Source: Octopus sinensis
Lineage: Eukaryota
Length of the DNA: 64,000 nt
Reading direction: 5' to 3'
NCBI RefSeq assembly: GCF_006345805.1
Contig: NC_043002.1
Location: 18,042,001-18,106,000, forward strand
In this document: positions 49,951-62,345 of the stretch, piece after piece
Position numbering within the stretch: the first letter of the stretch is position 1
How the letters are laid out: each line of letters opens with the position of its first letter
Notes under the pieces: generated by a model
Seen by the model: the letters and a program-made list of their open reading frames with translations, nothing else
The model's database searches: none
What the model was told of the DNA's origin: nothing
Position numbers and translations under genes: made by a program

Positions 49951-50526
49951 GATTTCAGGTATTATATATCAAAGACTATTTTATTGAATGTGTTAATGTC
50001 GTTTTATAAGCCATTGGTGAAGAATTTGTAGACTGTGTGCACTTGCTATTTCTAGCAGGATGTTCGACTAAATGGAGACGCCTTTGTAGGTTTGATTACG
50101 TTTCGCAGGCTTGCAACAAACCTTAGCAAAGCAAAATTATTCTATGTAAATTACTTCAAATTTTTCCTAAAAAAAACAGTGACACCTGGTGTCTGCTGCT
50201 TACAACAAGTAATGCTTGAATTAAGTGGATAGCCTCTCGGCAGAGTCACCAGACCCGAGTGAAAATTTGTGTTGGAAATTTTATGACTAAATAATGTTTT
50301 TAATGTACACACAACCAAAACTAAACTAACATAAACATTTAGCAGGAACGGTTAAATAACATAAATGTACTTGGTCACTTTACATTGACTTTATGATCAA
50401 ATCAGAATAACCTGTTTTCTTTGATCCGTCTCCTACCGCATTAATTTCAAATGCTGCCGACGCATTCTTTGTCATTCGTAGTTTAGGAAGTCGATAAATA
50501 AAGCAACTGTCTATAACTGGGCGATA

Positions 50527-50578
<52 letters not shown>

Positions 50579-51119
50579 TCTCTCTTTCTCTCTCTCTGAC
50601 TCATTCTCTCACTCACTCTCTCTTTCTTTCTCTCTCTTTCTATCTTTCTTTCCCCCTGTCTCTCTCTCTCTATCTCTCTCTGGCTTCCTCCCTTCCTGAA
50701 TTGCACATGTAATTTAAAGGATCTTGATACAGAGTTGCAATGATTCATGACTTGGACGTACACGTGTGTGTGTGTGTGTGTGTGATACTCAGCCGATTAC
50801 ACATTAATTTCACATGTAGAAAATTTCAGATAATCAAACAACTAATTTTTCATCGTCAAAACCGACGGAAGACTCACCGTTATATTAGCGGGTTTGTTAA
50901 GAATTAAGGTTTCTATTGTAGTAAACTTGATTTATATTTGGCTCTTTGAAAACTTTGCTATTTCTCCTTCCTTCTATAATGATTAATGATCTTCATTTAT
51001 GGCAAATGCCATCTGGGAGAACACGAAAGGATGGTGTTTAATTCCAATGGTAGAGATCCCGAACCTCACGAAAATGAAGTAAATCACTTGTGCTAATCAA
51101 ACACGTGTAACGATCTTTA

Positions 51120-51282
51120 ATAGTGGCTGTATGGTAAGTAGCTTGCTTACCAACCACATGGCTCCGGGTTCAATGCTACTGCGTGGCACCTTGGGCAAGT
51201 GCCTTCTACTATAGCCTCTGGTCGACCAAAGCCTTGTGGGTGAATTTGGTAGACAGAAACTGAAAGAAGCCCATCGTATATA

Positions 51283-51379
<97 letters not shown>

Positions 51380-51613
51380 TTATGTATGTGTGTGTATATG
51401 TTTGTGTGTCTGTGTTTGTCCCCCCCACCAACATCGTTTGACAACCGATGCTGGTGTGCTTACGTCCTCGTAACTCAGCGGTTCGGTAAAAGAGACCGAT
51501 AGAATGAGTACTAGGATTACAAATAATAAGTCCTGGGGTCGATTTTCTCGACTAAAGGCGGTGCTCCAGCATAGCCGCAATCAAATGACTGAAACAAGTA
51601 AAAGAGTAAAAGA
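51120..51613 (+). mobile_element. ~500-bp SINE
   Basis: GTAAGTAGCTTGCTTACCAACCACATGG..CTTGGGCAAGTG..internal (AT)n..GGGGTCGATTT..AAGTAAAAGAG. Confidence 0.88.
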
Positions 51614-52269
51614 GATTGTTTTAGTATGATGATCCTATATGCATGCCGACAATTAAAAATCATGTCATATATGGGCCGTGACAGGCTTGCTGCTTGCATG
51701 AAATATTTGAATTATTATATTGGTAGGCAGAGTTGTGAGAGTTGCCTTGGAATCTGTAATGGAAAGTTTACGTCTAATTCGTTTGCATTCAACTAAGAGA
51801 AAATCGGAACTGAGCTGATATTAAATTAATTTTTCTGCATGTGAAATTAATCTATATTCGACTGGGTATTCGATAAACATATGAACTTTACTGGAAGTCA
51901 CAGTAACGAAAATATGTATCCCTTAATGACAAGATATATTAAATTATAGATGGAAATCTGTGAACGTGAGAGAAAGAGGAATATAAAGAGAGAACGAGAG
52001 AGAGGAAGACATAAAGAGAGAACGAAAGAGAAATAAGACAGAGAGAAGTATAGAAACTCCGCACAGCAGTTATTTAACCAGTGTTTACTCTGATTAAGCA
52101 GGCCTAGGAGCACAGATGTTTCACGAGTGACAATTTCGTTCAGGTTTGCCTTTTGAAAATATCAAATACCTTAGTATGATACATCAAACAGTTTTTTCTA
52201 CTCGTGAAGATTGATATATTAGCAGAATCAGTAGAATATCGTAATACTCATATTTCAAACAGAAACTAT

Positions 52270-52560
52270 GGCAAAGATCAATATTCTGAGTTCAAATTCT
52301 CTCGGAGTCGCATTTGTCTTTCACCTCATTAAGGCTCGATGAAATAAGTTCCTGTCAAATAATGGGAATCGATCGAGAAAACTACACAATAATATAAATT
52401 CTTATCTTTCTAGCAATGTTTGAAATGCTTATTTCATTAAAGTGTATCCAGGTCGACTTTGCCTTTCATCCTTTCGGGATCAATAAATTAAGTACCACTT
52501 GAGTACTTGGATCGATGTAATCGACTATGCCCCTCTTCCCCCAAATTTTAGGTCGTGTGG
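52270..52560 (+). mobile_element. Two decayed SINE fragments
   Basis: TTCTGAGTTCAAATT.. and GGTCGACTTTGCCTTTCATCCTTTCGGG..AAGTACC..TCGATGTAATCGACT. Confidence 0.65.
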
Positions 52561-52602
52561 CTATAGTAGAAAGGATTATTTCATTAGAGTAGGCGTTGAA
52601 GT

Positions 52603-53012
52603 CGCTGTGTGGTAAATAGCTTGCTTACCAACCACATGGTTCCAGGTTCAGTCCCACTGCGTGGCACCTTGGGCAAGTATCTTCTACTATACCCTCGGGC
52701 CGACCAAATCCTTGTGAGTGGATTTGGTAGACAGAAACTGAAAGAAGCTTGTCGTATATATGTATATATACATATATATATATGTGTGTATGTGTATGTT
52801 TGTGTGTTTGTGTTTGTCCCCCTAACATCACTTCACAACCGATGCTGGTGTGTTAACGTCCCCGTAACTTAGCGGTTTGGCTAAAGAGTCCGATAGAATA
52901 AGTACTAGGCTTACAAAGAATAAGTCCTGGGGTCGACTTGCTCGACTAAAGGCGGTGCTCCAGCATGGCTACAATCAAATGACTGAAACAAGTAAAAGAG
53001 TAAATGAGTAAA
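52603..53012 (+). mobile_element. ~500-bp SINE
   Basis: Same family as 51120-51613. Confidence 0.88.
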
Positions 53013-53139
53013 AGATAGTGTTACCCATGATATCACGAGTATCTTGGTGCCATTTGAAGGTAATAAATATTTTTCAGTAGTCATCACATCACTTTGTTTA
53101 AGCATCAATAATTTTGATAAGAGTTAAATCATCAAATGC

Positions 53140-53430
53140 AACGCTCTGTCAGTTACGACGGCGATGGTTCCAGTGAAATAAACGAGCAAGAGGCTGAGTA
53201 CTCCACGGGCACACGTACCCTTCACGTAGTTCTGAAGAAGATCCAGCGTAACAGTGAATGTGATAAAGCTGGCTCTTTGTATAACAGGCATTACTCGTTC
53301 TTACCAGCTGAATAAACTGAAGCAACGTCAAATGAAATGTCTTGCTCAAGGACACAATGCGTCGCTGGCAATCGAACTCAGAATCGTAAGGTCGTGAGAT
53401 GAATGTCCCTTACCACTAAGTAGCTCACCT
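53140..53430 (-). mobile_element. tRNA-derived SINE (family of the split copy at 1-87/800-965)
   Basis: Minus strand head with GAGTTCGATTGCC, then GCATTGTGTCCTTGAGCAAGACATTTCATTT. Confidence 0.75.
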
Positions 53431-53479
53431 TCACAGAGTTAAATTGTAATTATTGTATTTCTCTTTCTCTTTTCTCTTT

Positions 53480-53880
53480 TACTTGGTGCTACTTTGACTG
53501 CGGCCATGCTGGAGCACCACCTTTAATCGAGCAACTCGACCCCGGGACTTATTCTTTTGTAAGCCCAGTACTTATTCTATCGGTCTCTTTTGCCGAATCG
53601 CTAAGTTACGGGGACGTAAACACACCAGCATCGGTTGTCAAGCAATGCTAGAGGGACAAACACAGACATACAAACATATACACACACATACATATACATA
53701 TATATATACATATATACGACAGGCTTCCTTCAGTTTCCGTCTACCAAATCCACTCACAAGGCAATGGTCGGCCCGAGGCTATAGTAGAAGACACTTGCCC
53801 AAGGTGCCACGCACTGGGACTGAACCCGGAACCATGTTGTTGGTAAACAAGCTACTTACCACACAGCCACTCCTGCGCCT
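53480..53880 (-). mobile_element. ~500-bp SINE
   Basis: Reverse complement of the family at 52603-53012. Confidence 0.88.
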
Positions 53881-54318
53881 GTATGTTTAACATTATGTAT
53901 AGTTTTTAGCTTGTTTTTTTTTATATTATCTATCTTGGTAAAATCATTCTTCCAACGATATTATTCATAAGACGTATTCTATACAACGCCAGCATTTCAT
54001 ACCAAAATGCGTCCTACTTTCATGGAAAACACTTCAGGTGCGTAAAAGAATAGGTGGTCTTAATGAAGTAAATTGACAACATACTTGTTAGCCTGTTGGT
54101 ATTTTTTTAACGTAAAACTGCAGTGAATATCGAATATAATTCAATTTTTAAGCTAAAATATCCTATATGCGAAATTCTAAAAGAAGGCACCTGGTCCTAT
54201 ATAACAAGCACACAAACGCTCGCACATATAAGTGTATATGTGTGAATATGTACGTATGTATGTATGTATGTATGTATGTATGTATGTATGTATGTATGTA
54301 TGTATAAATTTATCTATC

Positions 54319-54406
<88 letters not shown>

Positions 54407-54414
<8 letters not shown>

Positions 54415-54451
54415 CACTTACGACGCAGATGTAATTGTATATGTGTGAGTG

Positions 54452-54483
<32 letters not shown>

Positions 54484-54512
54484 ATTACATCTGCGTCGTG
54501 AGTGTATGTATA
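54407..54512. repeat. ~40-bp-arm palindrome around (AT)n
   Basis: TATACATACACTTACGACGCAGATGTAATTGTATATGTGT .. ACACATATACAATTACATCTGCGTCGTGAGTGTATGTATA (one mismatch). Confidence 0.9.
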
Positions 54513-54777
54513 TATATATATTTTAATTCGCTTTAAGTATTGCAATGTGCTAATTGTATAAGTAAGTTTAAGTAGAACTTTAAGCAATGTAAGAAGGGAA
54601 GCAAAATATGTAAGGTGGCGCCAATAAATAAAAAAAGTGTATACCATTCCACATTGGTTGTTGATACAGCCATATACACACATATATTTGAGTGTGTGTG
54701 TGTGTGCGTATGAATACGCTGTCACACACACACAATTACGCATATATATGTGTGTGTGCGTACGTATGCTTGTGTGC

Positions 54778-54847
<70 letters not shown>

Positions 54848-55560
54848 TACATGTGAATGAACCAGTTCCATTAAATTTGTACTGTCTATATTTTCCAGTT
54901 TTCGACCGACTCATTGTTTGAGTTATTTCCGAAGCTTTTTTTATATTTTTGGTTATATTTAGACACCTTTTGAGGAAATTTCTAACAAGAAATTGCTTGC
55001 ATAATTTCAATTAATCAGACGTTCTCACATCAGTATTTTGAAGCAGGGTGACCCAGCCATTTTTGTATTTGATATGCACGATACCTCATCTATGCCAATT
55101 TCTCTTATCCAGAGCTTTGGTAGGTAAGAACATGTTCACTTCAGGACAGCCTTGCTTATACTAAGAACAGTATGCATTTAGAATGATTAAATACATCAAA
55201 CAAATATTTAGAGGATATACTCCATTCATCCGTGACTATCCCATTCTTTATTCATACAGTGGACCTAGGACGCCATTATCAACAGAGCTCTTTTCTTTTG
55301 AAGATAGTAATGTGTTGTTTGAAGTTTAGCTGCTGTTACAGGAACTCGATGGAAGACAGATCACAGAATCTATGAAGAAAAATAACCAGAAGAAACTAAT
55401 AATTATAAAAACCAACACAGCAGAAGTACAATAAATGTTCTCTTTAATATCTTATAATTTCGCGAGAAAACAATGTACATACAGAGCATGGCTAAGTGTG
55501 TGTTTGTGTGTACATATACATATATATATATATTTATGTCTATATGTATATGTGTTTGTG

Positions 55561-55649
<89 letters not shown>

Positions 55650-55697
55650 GTATGTATGTATGTATATATGTATGAATGTATAACTATGGTACAATAA

Positions 55698-55800
55698 TTG
55701 ACAATACATATTTGCGTCGGTGCTACAGTTGCTGTTACAGCCATATTTATCATAACTGAAATTCCTAAATTAATCGGACTGATTGGCAAATATTCACTCA
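55698..55800 (+). pseudogene. Possible rhodopsin-family GPCR TM6 fragment
   Basis: [29 protein letters not shown] resembles the FxxxExP TM6 motif of FMRFamide/sex-peptide-receptor-like GPCRs; no continuous ORF on either side. Confidence 0.3.
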
Positions 55801-56135
55801 TGAACTCACTACAGCCTCTGGATCCAAAGTTTAGCTGTTTCTCTGAAATACCTCATCACGTACCATCTCTATCTGAAACGTAACTTATAGTTCGTACGTA
55901 TTTCATTCGTTGAAATTAGTCTTTTATATCTCAGATACATTCCAATGGACTCATATATTGTTTCCCTATTCGTTTTCTCCCTTAACCTCAACTATCTAGA
56001 ATGTTTTTTCTCTGCACCAAAATATTCCCCTATATCATTTGATTAATGATATAAGTAAAATATTGGTAGGAAATACTTTAAATGCTTCCATCTTGCTTGT
56101 ATTTGAAAGGCCTGTAATTGTAATCGTAACTGCAC

Positions 56136-56410
56136 CTTCATCTTCACTAAGCCATCGGAGAAAAATATAAATAACATTTTTGATAAAAATTGACGTAGCA
56201 CGTTAATGAAACATATCTGCAGCAATCTAGCTGTAATTGTAATAACATTGCGAAATGTAAAATCAGAAGCGATATTAATCAAATTGTTTGCGTAGGAAAA
56301 ATTGGCAATGTAATCAGAGAGAAAGCAAGCAAGCACAGCTGGTGGGAATATAGAGTCTGTAGAGTTAAGAGAGCGAAACACAGTGTGCCAATAATGTATC
56401 AAATCTAAAA
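56136..56410 (-). CDS. Weak candidate exon (hydrophobic, unassigned)
   Basis: T-rich acceptor TTTTTTTTTGTTTGTGCTGGCTTATCAG, 91 open codons (LDLIHYWHTVFRSLNST..GLVKMK), possible AAG|GTGCAG donor. Confidence 0.2.
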
Positions 56411-56591
56411 CTGATAAGCCAGCACAAACAAAAAAAAAACAACTCAACATTCTAAAAGCAAAGAAAATTAAAAATTACATCAGGTTGAATAACAAGATTC
56501 TATATTTTTCTACTATATTTAGTTGTTTATATGTTGTCGGACGTGTGTTTATATCAATCAACGAAAGCCCTGATTATTATTATTATTATTA

Positions 56592-56920
56592 TGGGTTTTT
56601 CTTCTTCTTTCAAATTTGCTTCCATTTCTTGCCGAGTGTCTTCCCGACTCCTAGGGCAAAGAAACTCATAGTATACATTGGTAGACCATTAAACTAAACT
56701 CACTAGTTCGTTCTTTTTTTTTTGATAGAAATAAAGTTAAATTAAAATACATGGGTAGTAATAGTTCTCACATCGACAATGCTCTTCTCAATACGTATGA
56801 TGTACTAGTTAGGACAATCTTTTGCACTTCTTGGAGGGATGGTAAGCCAGGGATCATTCTCATATAATTTTCGGTTCCCTTCTTGATCATTCCTAGTGCT
56901 CCTACGATCACTGGTATTGT
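56592..56920 (-). mobile_element. R4/Dong 3' end (same subfamily as 58188-59157)
   Basis: IPVIVGALG..MIPGLPSLQEVQK..; 3'UTR nearly identical to 58190-58500; TTA tracts on both sides. Confidence 0.88.
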
Positions 56921-56921
56921 A

Positions 56922-56952
<31 letters not shown>

Positions 56953-56980
56953 GTTATTATTATTATTATTATTATTATCA

Positions 56981-57020
<40 letters not shown>

Positions 57021-57024
<4 letters not shown>

Positions 57025-57760
57025 TAGTCTTATTTTTACCACATGCTTTCACTTCACTACCGAGCGCAGCTCTGTGTGCTTTGGGTATGTGCTGTGATTT
57101 GTTGTGATGCTCTGATGGTTACTGTATTGAAAGTGTTTTGCGTAGGATGTGTGCAGTGCCTAGTAGTGCAATTTTCTGTATGTTATATGTGTTTGTAAGT
57201 CCTGGTATTTTTGTTATGTATTTGTCTGAATATTTTTTTATCATGCCTAACGCACCTACTATGATAGGAATTGTTTCTGTTTTCAGGTTCCACATTCTAG
57301 TTACCTCTATTGCCAGGTCTTTGTATTTTGAAAGTTTCTGCATTTCTTTTAGAGAAACGTTGTCATCTGCTGGTATTGATACATCAATTAGAAAACATTT
57401 TTTTTTCTTCATGATCTCTGACAACTATATCTGGCCTATTGACCTTAATTTCTCTATCTGTGTGTATTGGCATATCCCAGACTATGGTTGCTTTTTCGTT
57501 TTCTGTGACCTTTTCTGGTATGTGCCTATACCATCATTTTTCTGTTGTTATTCCATAGTGTTGGCATAGCTTCCAGTATATGTAGGTTCCAACTCTGACG
57601 TGTCTGTGAATATATTCCTTCTTAGCCAGGACTGAGCAGTCAGAGATAATATGATTTATTTTTCCTTGTCCTTTTCCACATATTCTGCAGTTACTTGTTA
57701 TGTTTCTTTTCATTATGCTTTTGATAATTTCTGGTGTGGTGGCTTTGGTCTTGAGCTGCA
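57021..57760 (-). mobile_element. R4/Dong 3' fragment, second subfamily (CCHC + REL)
   Basis: CRICGKG..INHIISDC..YIHRH..RPDIVV..KYKDLAIEVTRMWNLKTETIPIIVGALG..ALLGTAHILRKTL. Confidence 0.9.
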
Positions 57761-57781
57761 ATTAAAAATGTATTACTATTG

Positions 57782-57845
<64 letters not shown>

Positions 57846-57913
57846 CATTATTATTATCATTATTATTATCATTATTATTATTATTATTATGATTATTATT
57901 ATTATTATTATAA

Positions 57914-57954
<41 letters not shown>

Positions 57955-57955
<1 letters not shown>

Positions 57956-58145
57956 AGCGGTGAGCTTGCAGAATCGTTAGCACAATGGACGAAACGCTAA
58001 GCAGTATTTCGCCCGTCGCTACGTTCTGAGCTCAAATTCCGCCTTTTATCCATTCGGGGTCGATAAAATAAATACCAGCAGAGCACATTGGGTCGATATA
58101 ATCGACTCATCCCTACTTCCATCAAGCTGCAATGTGGCAAAAATT
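57955..58145 (+). mobile_element. SINE (family of 24985-25215)
   Basis: GCGGTGAGCTTGCAGAATCGTTAGC..GGGGTCGATAAAATAAATACC. Confidence 0.8.
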
Positions 58146-58149
58146 TGAA

Positions 58150-58187
<38 letters not shown>

Positions 58188-58188
<1 letters not shown>

Positions 58189-59156
58189 TTTTTTTTCTTC
58201 TTTCAAATTTGCTTCCATTTCTTGCCGAGTGTCTTCCCGACTCCTAGGGCAAAGAAACTCATAGTATACATTGGTAGGCCATTAAACCAAACTCAATAGT
58301 TCGTTCAATTTTTTTTTTTTTAGGTTAAATTAAAATACATGAGCAGCAACAGTTCTCACATCGACAATGCTCTTCTCAATACGTGTGATGCACCAGTTAA
58401 GACAATCTTTTGCACTTCTTGCAGGGATGGTAAGCCAGGGATCATTCTCATATAATTTTCGGTTCCCTTCTTCATCATTCCTAGTGCTCCTACGATCACT
58501 GGTATTGTAACCGCCTTGAGATGCCACATTTTCTCAATTTCAATGAGTAGGTCTTTATATTTTCTGAGCTTGTCAAACTCTTTCGCTGAGATATTATGAT
58601 CACAGGGGATTCTCATGTCGATCAATAAGCAATCTTTATTGTTTTGGTCTTTCACAACAATATCTGGTTTATTGGCCTTGATGGTTCGGTCTGTATGTAC
58701 CGGAAAGTCCCACAGAATGGTTACATTTTCTCCTTCAGTTACAGCCTCAGGGTGGTGATTATACCACTTGTCGGCAGTTTTGATATTGTAATGCCGACTT
58801 ATTAGCCAGTGGAGATATTGGCCAACTCTGTCATGTCTTAATTTATACTCCACTGGTGCTAAGACTTTACATCCAGAGATTAGGTGGTCCACTGTTTCAA
58901 TCATGTCGTTGTAGAATCGGCATTTTGGGTCTGCTCCATTTTTCATCACATTGGCCTGGTAGTTCCGGGTTAATAGGCTTTGATCTTGAGCAGCCAGGAT
59001 GAAACCTTCGCTCTCTGCTTTTAGCCCTGAGCTCCGTAGCCACTGATGGGTTTGCTTCTGGTCAACATCAGCTTGTTTGCTGCGGGTCACATATTTGCCG
59101 TGCAGAGGTTTCTCCTCCCACCTATCAGCCAATTGCTCGTGCGCTTTTTTCGTTGC

Positions 59157-59157
<1 letters not shown>
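58188..59157 (-). mobile_element. Young 5'-truncated R4/Dong element with open 258-aa CCHC/REL endonuclease frame (58356-59132)
   Basis: LHGKY..AAQDQSLLTRNY..ETVDHLISGC..RHD..KPDIVV..LIDMRIPCD..KYKDL..GALG without stops; (AAT)n tail; embedded in (TAA)n. Confidence 0.93.
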
Positions 59158-59202
<45 letters not shown>

Positions 59203-59232
59203 CATTATTATTATTATTATCATCATCATTAT

Positions 59233-59786
59233 TGAGTGAGAGAGCAGTGCATGCCATCAAAGTGACACTGGCGTAAAATATACGAAGCCCAGTATACCAA
59301 TCATGACTACCCGTCGGATAAGGGTACACCAGGCACATGTATCACAACCACATGTGCGTGACATGGTGATCTCATATCAAGTTAAACAGTACATAACCTT
59401 GCAGGTGGGTACCAGTTAGAATTTCCTTCTTTTCGAGTAGCCCATCCCGCTCAAATGATCCCTAAATATGGGTTATTTAAGGATGTTGAACGAATCACCC
59501 ATGTTTACAGAGGTGAATTATCCAAACCTCTAAGAATTCCTTTTAACACATGGCTATGATGCTCCCGCACTACTTCTGCACGTGGTCAGAGATGCACATA
59601 TAGCCAGCCACTAAGGGACATGCTCAACTGGTTAAGGTCAAACAACTGACAAGCAAATCTGTCGTATTTGCAGAAAATGTGCTGTAGCCTATCTTTTATA
59701 CCAAGACATAACAATATACATGATAACACTTCCTATCAGTTAAGATCAGAAGTCATGTGAGCCACTGCCTGGTACTGTATCAGGGC

Positions 59787-59787
<1 letters not shown>
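59233..59787 (-). mobile_element. (TAA)n-embedded dispersed element, full-length copy (~555 bp)
   Basis: Plus strand TGAGTGAGAGAGCAG..TCAGGGCA, with TTA tracts on both sides. Confidence 0.82.
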
Positions 59788-59819
<32 letters not shown>

Positions 59820-59910
59820 CATTATTATTATTATTATTATTATCATTATTATCATTATTATTATTGTTGTTATTTTTGTTGTTGTTGTTGTTATCATTAT
59901 CATTATTTAT

Positions 59911-60122
59911 TGCCTTTGCACAACTTACGCTGAACATGTACTACAGTGTCAGCTGTTCACCACCAGTGAACTAAGGTAACACCTCTTATTCTTCAAGCAC
60001 CTTCCGGACTATTCGAGCGGTTCCAAGCAGTGCAGTTTTCTGCAAGTGATCCACCCTTATTGCAGCCCCTATTTGTTCCACGTACTTCTCAAGATTTTTG
60101 CTCACTCTTCCCAGGGCTCCAT
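59911..60122 (-). mobile_element. R4/Dong 3' end, third subfamily
   Basis: GALGRVSKNLEKYVEQIGAAIRVDHLQKTALLGTARIVRKVLEE*, a short 3'UTR and an AAT tail. Confidence 0.88.
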
Positions 60123-60169
60123 TACTATTATTAAGGTCTTAAGCTTATTAAAGTGTTGGCAAAATTGTG

Positions 60170-61090
60170 AGCACACAGTACAACATGCTTAGCGGTATTT
60201 CGTCCACCTTTACAGTCTGACTCCAAATTCCACCGCAGTCGACTTTGCCTTTCAGCATTGATGAAATAAGTTCCAGTTAAATTCTGGAGTCGATATAATC
60301 GATAGCTCCTCCCTCAAAATGTCAGACCTTGTGCATATATTAGAAAGGTTTATAGTTAAGGTAAGGTAGTGAGCTGGCAGAGTCTTTAGTACGGCATGGA
60401 AAATGCTTTGCGGATTTCGCTCCGGTCTTTATGTTCTGAGTCCAAATTCCGCCGAGATCGAATTTGACTTTCATTATTTCGGCGTCGATAAAATAAGTAC
60501 CAGTTGAGTTCTGGGATCGATGTAATCAACTTATCCCCTCCCCTCATATTTCTCGCCTTGTGCCAAAATTTGAAATCATTAAATGGCAATGCTGGTAGAA
60601 TCGTTAACACTCCGGACGAAATACTTTGCGGCTTTTCACCCGCCTTTACGTTCTGAGATCAAATTCCGTAGCTGTCGACTTTGCTTTTCATATATTTCTA
60701 TGCTCAATGAAATTTTAGTAACGGAAGTCAATCATTAAGAGTATGCTCTCACATAAACACGCAGCCTTGTGTCAATATTAAATTCATCATATTATAATTC
60801 TGCATGTCACTTTGTAAGCTAGCACGTGCATTTCGCTCTGTTGGACAGCTGTAACTAAAAATAGGTATTATTATTATTTAAGCGGGGAGTATGCCAGAGA
60901 GCAGGGCGGGGAACAGAGCGAAGTACAGGACGAGGAGCAGGGTGGGAGAATGGCAGAATCGTTACCCCTCCTGACGAAATTTTCAACGGCATTTCTTCCG
61001 TCGTACGCTCTGAGTTCAAATTCTACCCAGGACGACTGTGCTTATCTCCCTTTCGAGTTCGATAAAATAAGTACCAGATTTGTTGATTTA
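60170..61090 (+). mobile_element. Cluster of ~4 decayed co-oriented SINEs
   Basis: Repeated TTCTGAG(T)TCAAATTC..GTCGACTTTG..TCGATAAAATAAGTACCAG motifs at ~60220, 60430, 60650 and 61010. Confidence 0.8.
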
Positions 61091-62345
61091 GTTAGCCGGC
61101 AAGTCATCAGATATCCAGTATTTCATCATTAAGTGTTATATTACTTTGGGTTTACTAAGTATATTGTAATATCTGTTTCAAACTCTATGACCGATTCCAG
61201 ATATTTATCTTGCCACACTTTTCTTGACTCCATATTTATTTTGCTTGTTTTTGTTTTTACTATTATTCATAATATGTTTCTATGAAGGAGTCTATTAACA
61301 TCCGTAGATGCAATTCGCTTTCAATGGAAATTCATTTATTGTTATTATACACATTTATATCAATGAACTGTTGCTATGTTGGAATATATTGTTTTCAAGG
61401 GTATAATCGATTCATTTTGGTCGCCCCAATACCTATTTATCGACTACGGAATTATGAAAAGCTAAAAGGACACCACGGTGAGATATGAACTCAACATAAA
61501 TGGATGTATCCATGGAGTATAAAAATATTTTGCCCGATGATCTATCGACTATAATATCCGTCTGTCTTCTGTAGAATAGACAACGCCAATATTGAAACAG
61601 TTGTACACTCTATCTCCACATGCAGCTGAAGCTTCTATGAAAGGATAGAATAAAAGCATTCCCAGGCTGAATCTCCATGAATAATATAACTGTTTGTCTA
61701 TATAAATACATTCTAAGAAGTGAATACCCACTGTCAAAACCGCATTCAAGTTTATACGATATGTAGACGCAAATATAGATGCTGTTGTGTTGGAAAACAA
61801 TTATCTCTTATATAGAGATCTGGCACTGACTGCTGGAGATTAACAATGACGAGACAACGAGTAGACAGTACACAGATTTAATGATGAAACTGGTGACCAA
61901 CGAATAAATTAGTTGAAAGTACTATTGAATACCTTAATGAATGGAGTCTTAGAATATTAATATTTAATTAAATAAGGAAAATGATAAGAGAATAATATTG
62001 AAGAAAGATACTTATTTAAGAATCAGTGAATTACATAGAATGAACATTCCCATATAAAAAGTGTTTAGAATTGAATGCAATAGAATTATGAATTCAATAG
62101 AATTAAATGCTAAGAATTAAACAATACGCATCATCTCTCTATATGTTGCAGATATTTATATAGTATTATATTCAAGTGCAATTTAACTTTACTGGCAAAT
62201 CTAAATAGAAATCCAGCCAAATTAATAACAGCTATTAAACTGCACATTCACGCGAATGCTGACATTGCTAGAGTATATTTCCTCCAAGTAAAAGGGCATC
62301 ATATTTTTCAGTTTCTAAATTATAATAGGATATTTCTGAGATTAC

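Noticed and set aside
55113-55123. 11-nt plus-strand microexon (TTTCTCTTATCCAG|AGCTTTGGTAG|GTAAGA)
   Set aside because: The splice-like signals are good, but there are no partner exons on that strand and such matches are expected by chance in 64 kb.
59700-59787. HDV-like ribozyme at the start of the (TAA)n-embedded element
   Set aside because: Hairpins are present, but I could not thread the P1-P2-P3-P1.1-P4 nested pseudoknot.
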